This document shows, one piece after another, positions 56,450 to 64,000 of a DNA stretch of 64,000 nucleotides (positions are counted from its first letter, which is position 1; each line of letters begins with the position of its first letter). Below the pieces are notes generated by a model. It was given only the letters and a program-made list of their open reading frames with translations. It ran no database searches and had not been told where the DNA came from. A program made the position numbers and the translations under genes. Origin of the DNA: Eutreptiella sp. 'Long Island Sound 2002' (taxonomy: Eukaryota; Protista; Euglenida). Where the stretch lies: contig OZ038378.1 of the NCBI GenBank assembly GCA_964036045.1, positions 64,294,001 through 64,358,000 on the forward strand. The letters are read 5' to 3'.

Positions 56450-57285
56450 CTGCAGGGATTGTGTATTCTAAGAAGAGCCAAGCGCGGTTATGAACACGTC
56501 TGAGCCAACCATTTTTTTTTTTTGAGCAGATGCATGAATCCGATGATCTGGTAATTGGTGCTGGAGGTGCTGGCTTCTTTTTTGAAGGCATCAACAATTC
56601 TTAATGCTGATTTAGAGGCAACAATGTACGGTTTTCCTTCTCTCTGCAACCTCCTCAGCTTGGTCCACAGGGGCATCCTCAGATGCATCATCCTGCAACA
56701 CCGAAGGGGGGACGGAGTTAAATCACTCTCAGGTGGGCGGAGCATCATGCTGATGATGTAAGTTGGGGGTCATGCAGGACCTATTGAGCAGTCCCAGCAG
56801 CAAATAGAGGTGTATCCCTTGGACATGAAATATGAAGAAAGGGAATATTTCATGTGTGCCACTGGTCCTTGGTCCTGCTTTCTCCGGCTCAAAGAGATGA
56901 ACGCATTCTGCACAAAGTCAATTGTTCCACCCTTAGACCGCGATCCACCAAAATAAAAAATAGTTCCATGTCTTGTTGTTGTACCCAATCTGCCTACGGT
57001 GATGCTTTGTACCACCTGCATGTGCTTGGTGTTTTCAACAGGCTTTCCATGGACATACTTGGTGCCCACAAATCTGTGTCCCAAATGCTGCAGATGGTCT
57101 CGTTGAAAATTTGGCGCATTTTGCATCCACGTTGCCACGGAAGGAAACAAAGCGCAATTCATACAAAACAAAACCATGCGCAAATTGGAACGAGCAACAA
57201 CGTGAGGATGTTGCATTACTTTATCTTCGGAAAAGATGGACGGTCGAGAGTAGTCGTATGGTGCACCGTGTCCACCATGCAACAC
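56450..57285 (-). pseudogene. Possible decayed hAT-type transposase N-terminal region
   Basis: LFCMNCALF...W...PNFQRDHLQH resembles TTF/C17orf113-type fingers of hAT transposases; the downstream frame is broken. Confidence 0.3.
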
Positions 57286-57629
57286 ATTGCGAGACTAGGC
57301 AGACAAGTATGCAATGCAAGGCAAAGTGATCGGACGTCCACCAAAGTTAAAACCCATGAAAACTGCAACCGTGGTGAAGTATTTCAGTGGAACGCGGTCC
57401 AAGGGTGTGGTAATTGACTCAGAGGCGCCTCTCGTCATGGCAAAACACGTTTTGAACACAATGCGGGACGCTTGACTGGATTGTAACACCCCCGAGAGGT
57501 CCGGGAGGACGCGCATACCCGTGCAAACGGGGCGACAGGGGTGGGGCAAGGCGCAGGACTTGTTCCTCCTGCCACCCCGCCGCCGCCGTCTTGGTGAGGG
57601 TAGGTCATACCAAACCCATACCCAAAGTT

Positions 57630-58200
57630 GGCCCTGTCACTGACCCATGACCTGCTATGTGTACTCTCAATGGACACTTGGTGGAACTTCAGTCACAAGT
57701 TAAAAAAAAAAGTTTTGAACACAACCTGGGAATCAAGTGCTTTGGATGCAACATATTTCAAAGAATCTCTTGCCGGATATCTCAAGTGTCGCCATGGCTG
57801 GAGGCGGTGCAGAGGGGATATAGATCGCTGCCCTGCCACACTTGCAGATACCATTGAGGATAACAATTGGCGACGGTTTGTGCGGGACATTTTTGAAAAT
57901 TTGGCTGCCCATGGGATCCCCATGCCATCACAGCACACTAATATCTTTTTGGATACCACGATGGCTTTCAATGAAACACCCCTTTGTATAGCAAAAGGGC
58001 GGTTATGAGTTTTGTCATGTGCAAAATGTGTTCCTCTCTTTGAGCAAGAAAAGCAAATGGTTAGCGCTAGACCAGTCACAAATGCTTGTGGTGCTCTTGT
58101 TTACTTATTTCCAAGGGCAAGTGTGGATGATGTCACCCGCATTTCAACAACAAAACAAAGGCAGTTATGCATCCATGCATTCATCATGATCATGCTATGA
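57630..58200 (+). pseudogene. Possible decayed hAT C-terminal (dimerisation-like) fragment
   Basis: NWRRF...LVYLFPRASVD..TRISTTKQRQL...FIMI loosely fits the hATC pattern; frameshifted. Confidence 0.25.
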
Positions 58201-58561
58201 AAAAGATTTAGACACGTGAAACATTCATGCAGTTTTGCAAGGATTTTGACTACACCCTGATGGACGTGAAGAAGCAAGTTTCTCTCTTGTCGGACCTCCC
58301 ATCAGTTCTTTTGGTGGACGATGTGTCCAACCATATTAATCATTAGGACACATGTAAAAATGAGTCCCCTACATGTTTTCATATTTATCATGTGCAAGGG
58401 ATGCACCTCTATTTGCTATCCGGACTGCCAAATGGATTCCACCTGCTCAACTTTGCTTAGGAGGCCCATAGTGCCCCCTATCGTTTTAGCGAAAAAAGGG
58501 GTGATAGGTGGTTTTTTGCATGTGCTAGAACCGGGGTGCAAATTTGCATTTCTGCATCAGG

Positions 58562-61500
58562 CTGGGCTCTGCACAGCGCAGACCAGGTGTGTAAGTCATT
58601 TTAGGCCCCAATGTTACACATTTTAGATCTCTGGGCTCTGCAGAGCCCAAGCTACAAGTTATTCCCTTTATGCCCACCCCCGTTACAACAATTGGCTCAT
58701 GTATGCAGTGGTCAAGTGGCCACGCAACATGGCGCTGGGTGAAGTGGTATACCTTTCCGGAAGCTCTAACATAGTCAGCCTAAACATTGTCCCCGATTCG
58801 GTGGTCAGCGGGAACAGGAATCAAGGATACAACTCCTGCATACATGACTGGTAGGCAATGATCAAAGACATGTGTCACACCAAGCACTGCATCATCTAGA
58901 TGGAAGTGCCAAAATCACGCCTATATTAGGAGTTTCCAACAACCTGGGCTCTGCAGAGGCCAGCATTCATATACTTGCTCCTAAGGGGTGCTTATTAGGG
59001 TTTGTCTGTTGACTCGGCTCTGCAGAGCCCAGACCTTCACAATGTCCCATTTTGACCCCTTGTTGTGTGACATAATAGCACTATGACACTTTGAAGCTTA
59101 TTCTACATGTGGTCTGCTCTTATAATTTTCTATGCCATTCTGATGTGTTGCTCTTGTATCTTGATGCACAATGTTGCCACCGTGGTCTTGTGTAAGTATC
59201 ACAGTTAGCAGTTGTTAAGGTGTGATTTACAACAAGCCTTAGACCGTTTGCACGGAGGTGTAGCTGGAGCTTGGTGATGTGATGTTTGTGTTGTTGTGGT
59301 GTATCTGATTCTATTGGAGTTTCAGGTCACATTGTTTGCAATATACCCTAATGTGTTGTAGTTGACTTTTGTGCATACTGTGCAGTGCTATTATAATTAC
59401 TATGTGGTCGTATGTCCCATATATTTAGTACATCTAATTTGCTATTTTCTTTTTACAACAGCCATGGTTAATTTTCCACATGTTAGACGTACGGAGGTGG
59501 ATGTACCGGGTGCCGGCTAGGCTACCGAAGGAGATGAGGTTGTAGGACCTATACCCTTACCGGTCCCATCGACCGGAGAAACGGCAGCGCGTGCTGCAGC
59601 TACGCTCGCCTTGTAAGAAGCAATTATGTTTACGGGGTCGGCACCCCCATCCCCACCGCGGCCACCAAAGTTTGTCCCAAAGGACCAGCCAACCCCACCA
59701 AAGGCCTCCCTCAATGACCCATTGACTCCGAAGACAATGTGGCCAAGCACGATGGTTCGTACAATACATCTCGGCGCTTCACGCGCGGTTCCGTTTCACA
59801 TTGCGGAAACCCCATGCGCACCCCCTTTGTCACATGGCAGCAAGGGGATCGGATATGCCGATCCCATGTTCTGTCACGCAGCGAGGGGCGTGCTGCATTG
59901 ATCTTGGATACACTTAATCCAGAATCACGCCCCCTTGTTGAGTCGCTTTTCTATCCCCGTATCCCACCTCCTCGGCTACTTCCTCCCCCGGATGCCGACC
60001 AACCCACACTTGCACAGATTGATGGGCACAGCTCCGATCGCCATCACATACAGTCCCTTCAACCACTTGTGGAAGCAGACCACACGGGTGGGCAGTCAAA
60101 ATACAGCTTGTTGCCACTAGTGCCTGTACCACATAGAAGCACCCCCCCTGCCTTCAGTTGCACTTCAATCAACTCCAGTCGTAGGCGTTCAGTTCGTGCC
60201 CCGGTGCCCCTGCCTGATAATGCGATACCCCCAAGGAGTTCCCTCCTGCACGCCCCCGGCGCAATTCTCTCTTGCCCACTGCCGCTGTTGCGGACAACCA
60301 ACGGACCCGGAGGTACTCACTGCTGCCACATGTGCATGTAGCATTGTCGCCGGGTGTCGCTCAATCTGCATCCCCACAACCAGCTACCGTCCCAGTAAAG
60401 AGAGATGGTCAGTATCGGTCACGGAGGTCATTACTACGTGATGTGCCACCGGCAAAATACCGGAAAACTATGTGATCTTTGCATCCATTAAGTGTTTGGC
60501 CTAGTTCCCAAATGTGTGTTATGCACCCCATAATTATCACTTTTAGGCCTGCACCAAATGCTACTTTTACACCTTCTTAGTTACTTGCTCGTGGCTCCCT
60601 ATGTCCCCTATGTCTATTACACGGCTCGCCATTACAAATTTTTCGGGTGATGGGCTCTGCAGAGCCCAGCCTTTTTGAAAAACCTAATTTCATGTCTTCT
60701 GTGCATGCTATCTGCAATGCAAGCCCGCACATCTTTTACCTCACCTGTGAATTCAATCCCCACTTTGCACGGTATGTGCTAGTCCACGCCTATTGCTAGT
60801 GTCCTGTTCTGGTTACCCCCTTTTCCAGCTGTGCCACCTAGACTGTCTTCTCACTATGGCACCGGTTTCTATGGTGTTGCATGTCAGCTACATGCGGTCT
60901 CTTTGTAAGAAAGAATGGCGCATTGGTCGCCAAATGATATTGTCGACTGTGCGCTATGCTGTGGTGGAGAAATTCCTATAATTGTGTGCGGGTGTACATG
61001 TTAACAAGCGGTCGCGCATTACCCTTGACCGCATTCGCAAGGCGGTGGCACGAAAACAATGGCCGCGTTCGCTAACCAATTTTTCCAAGAAGGCTCATTA
61101 TGTATGGCTGGGTATGCGTCGCATGGCGTTGCCACAAGGTGCCGTCCCCAGTGGTGAGAGCACCATTGCTCTCATGCGGGCAGACAGCCGCAAGCTGGTG
61201 CACGCAGGTCTCACCAAGCCATCCCGGACGTCTATTGCAGACTAGGCGGCATTGCAGGTATGCACACTGTGGCGTAGCATTGTCCGGCGTGATATTGTGG
61301 TGGCAACTGGTGGCATGCCCAGTCTTGGGCCAATCCTGTGGAACCCAATGTCTGTCTAGATGTCACAGCAAAAGCGGTGTTGCACACAACCCCCCTTCCC
61401 CTTTCTTTTGGTCACCCGAGTCTGCAACACCTAGTGGACAAGGTTGACACAGTGGCCATGGCACTTGTTCAACAGCACAAAGAAAAGTTGAAGGTGTTGA

Positions 61501-63177
61501 AGGTGTGCACTGATATGTGCAATGCACCCATTTCTCAGAGAACCATCCATGCCCCCCTCGATCTTGCTTGGGAGGCCGGTAGACAACAACTCTTTTGGCA
61601 ACCATTTGCCATATATGAGTCTGTTACATGTCACAACCAACAGCTCTTCGATCTGCGCGGTATGCTATGCAGTACCCAACAACAACGTCAGAATCGGATG
61701 GCATTGCTCGTTGATTGCAATGTCCACTACCGGGTGCTCAAATTTTTGAGCCGTACATCAACCATTGACTGGAATTTTCCGAATTGGTTGCGGGCTATCT
61801 CGTTAATTTACGGCCTGTGGCACCCCTACAAACATGTTTGCAATATCATCTGGCGTAAAATCTTTCTTTTCTTTTCATACATCACCGCTCCCGTGTTTCG
61901 GGCCGGTGCGCGCACATATAACCACCCCAAACTCATTGTCATAGAGAAAACTATCGCCGCGCTCCTTCTCGCAGCCTCAGACATACGGGCACAACTTCGG
62001 CAAAAACGTACGCTGTTTGAGGGACGTGCCGACCAAGCAACCCTCATCACACGGGATGGGTTGCACATCCTTCCGGGCTTGGAATCCCTCCTTAACCGTT
62101 ACGTCCCAGCCATCTTTGTAGTGGGACACTTAGTGCGTACTTGCACTTGGGCGGGGCGCGCCGAGGGGTCGGGAATGGTAGCCACGTGTGTACTTCAGCG
62201 CTGTGTAAGTCTACTCGTTGACCTTGCAGGTCGAGCTTCAGCGAAAATGGAGTATGTCCGCACCATATGCCGCGCACTTTTGTACAATACGCAATGGCAC
62301 GACGACACGCCCGGTGCCGCCCACTTCGAGGAATGTTGTGAGGCCCTGCTCGCAAAATTGCGGGAACGGTGCAAGCAGCACCCCGACAAGCACACGGCGG
62401 GTGAGGCTGGTGACCTTTTCCGCACCATGCCCCCCCCCCCCCCGTCAACAGGCACGTGCAACGGAGTCCCTCTCCGAAAGCGTCTATGTAGAGGTGCGGG
62501 ACAGGGTATGGGCACTGATGTGTGACGCAGGACGGGAGGAGCATCCCACTGTGCGATGGTCCAATCAGTGTGGTTGAGGCAGAAAGAGACACCACACATG
62601 TGTTCCCCAAAAACGGAACCGGGGGTATGCTAACTGTTGCGTTCATGAATTCTATTCTAAAGCGTTTTCTGCGCACCCTTGTAGGTGGACAAGGGCTTCT
62701 GGATGATTCCATGGATTACATGCCGCAACATATCCCACTTAGGTCACATGTGAACCGGCGCGAGGCCCAGGTAGCTATAGAAGCAGTTGGGTTCATACCA
62801 ATTACAATGGAGCACATTGTTCCCCCACTGCCAAAAGCAATGTTGATTGATCATGTGCGTGCCCCCCTCTGAGGATGGTGTACCTGTGATCCGGGCCAGG
62901 GATGCTGTAGATGTTGACGCCCTCTCTGATGGACCTGTACCTGTTATGCTCAGTGAGGATTTGCGTGAATTCGACGTGATAGATTCAGACTGAGCACGGG
63001 GGGGGGGGTGGCAATAGACCCCCCCCCCGACAGCCCAATCAGCATTTTGATGTGTACACCCCTATTATTGCGTTACCCCAAATGTCTGGGCTCTACAGAG
63101 CCCAGCTTTGTCTGACACTGAGTTTTGAGGGGTTGTATCACTGGTTCTTGTTGCTCTTTGCCCTACAGAGCCCAACC
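58562..63177. repeat. Seven dispersed copies of the 20-bp palindrome CTGGGCTCTGCAGAGCCCAG
   Basis: Copies at about 58562, 58631, 58944, 59013, 60651, 63086 and 63160 (the last is partial). Confidence 0.85.
59463..62991 (+). pseudogene. Decayed unclassified transposase-like gene, probably with an intron (~60490-60960)
   Basis: ATG at 59463 after a CAG acceptor-like site, and a Cys cluster at 60300-60480. ORF 61338-62525 contains LLVDCNVH, YGLWHPYKH and EECCEALL. Frameshift at the poly-C near 62430; acidic tail ending TGA at ~62991. Confidence 0.45.
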
Positions 63178-64000
63178 TGGCACCATTGCCCAATATGTGC
63201 CCACATCTAGTCATTTTTTATTCCCCTAAATCCCACCGGGGACTCCACGTGATACGGTAAAGAGTGCAGTCAAACGTTTGCTCACGTTGTGGGTGTCACA
63301 ATGGCTGTGTGACCCCAACTACCATCATGGGTAAAGGCTCCGTGTTGTTAGGCTTTTGATGTTGTACTCGAAGCCGAAAGTGTAGACGATGTTCCGCCTG
63401 GCCCAAGAGTCATTTACTGACCCTCCTCCCTAAGTTTTATAGGATGACACATCTTAGGATGCCCCACAGAAATAGGATGAGGGGGCTCAAGAGGGAGTTG
63501 TTGTTCACGAGGCACGCCTCCCCACTTGCAAGTGTGTGCAACAATCTGAGAGGCTCAAGTACCACTAGAGGAGCGCACGCGGAAAAGAATGAAAGCTTTA
63601 GTTGTTGACTTCCAGTCAACCTCCGCTCCTGTTTCTATCTCTAGTGGTGCCGCGGCATCACGCAGTGTGATTGAATACATAGATGGGGATGACACTCGCA
63701 ATGACAGTGACATTGACACTGAGAGTCACGTCGACGGTGAGTATGACGGCACAAGTAGCAATTGCAGTTGTAGTGATAGTCACAAAGCCGATCGCCTTGC
63801 CAATGCTAGTGCCCGTGCTACCACTATCAACATACGAAACACCACATTTGATCTCCCCATTTTTGTTGCGACCAAGGCAACTCCATGTGCTGTTGTGAAA
63901 CCCAAGGTGATGTTTCAAATCTTTTTGCAATTGCTGAGGTATTCACATTATGCAATACCAGTTGCATTTGCATGCATGAAAGAGCGCACTCATATCGTTG

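Noticed and set aside
63658-63930. Thr/Val-rich hydrophobic ORFs on the minus strand
   Set aside because: Low-complexity, roughly 6-bp periodic sequence with no supporting features.

Overview
This is eukaryotic, repeat-dominated DNA, probably from a large protist genome; the species cannot be identified from sequence alone. Only one probable host gene is visible, with GT-AG exons at about 14.6-15.8 kb encoding a domain of unknown function. Most of the rest is mobile or repetitive. (1) LINE family A at 1-6886 (+) is a decayed APE-RT-RNaseH-zinc-knuckle element with a long N-terminal region and a (CATC)n tail. (2) Two diverged, differently 5'-truncated copies of LINE family B are fused directly head-to-head at about 38722. 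They form a ~14.7 kb imperfect palindrome, and both outer ends run through (TATGAC)n tails into TA microsatellites; this is the most striking structure. (3) There are several decayed DNA-transposon genes: SWIM plus Ulp1-like protease, a CGGBP1/BED-like finger, hAT-like fragments, a TIR element inside a satellite, and an unclassified transposase-like gene bracketed by 20-bp palindromes. (4) Tandem repeats have periods of 9, 44, ~85, 99 and ~680 bp, and there is a degenerate tRNA-like sequence. All family assignments come from motif reading by eye; no database searches were run.
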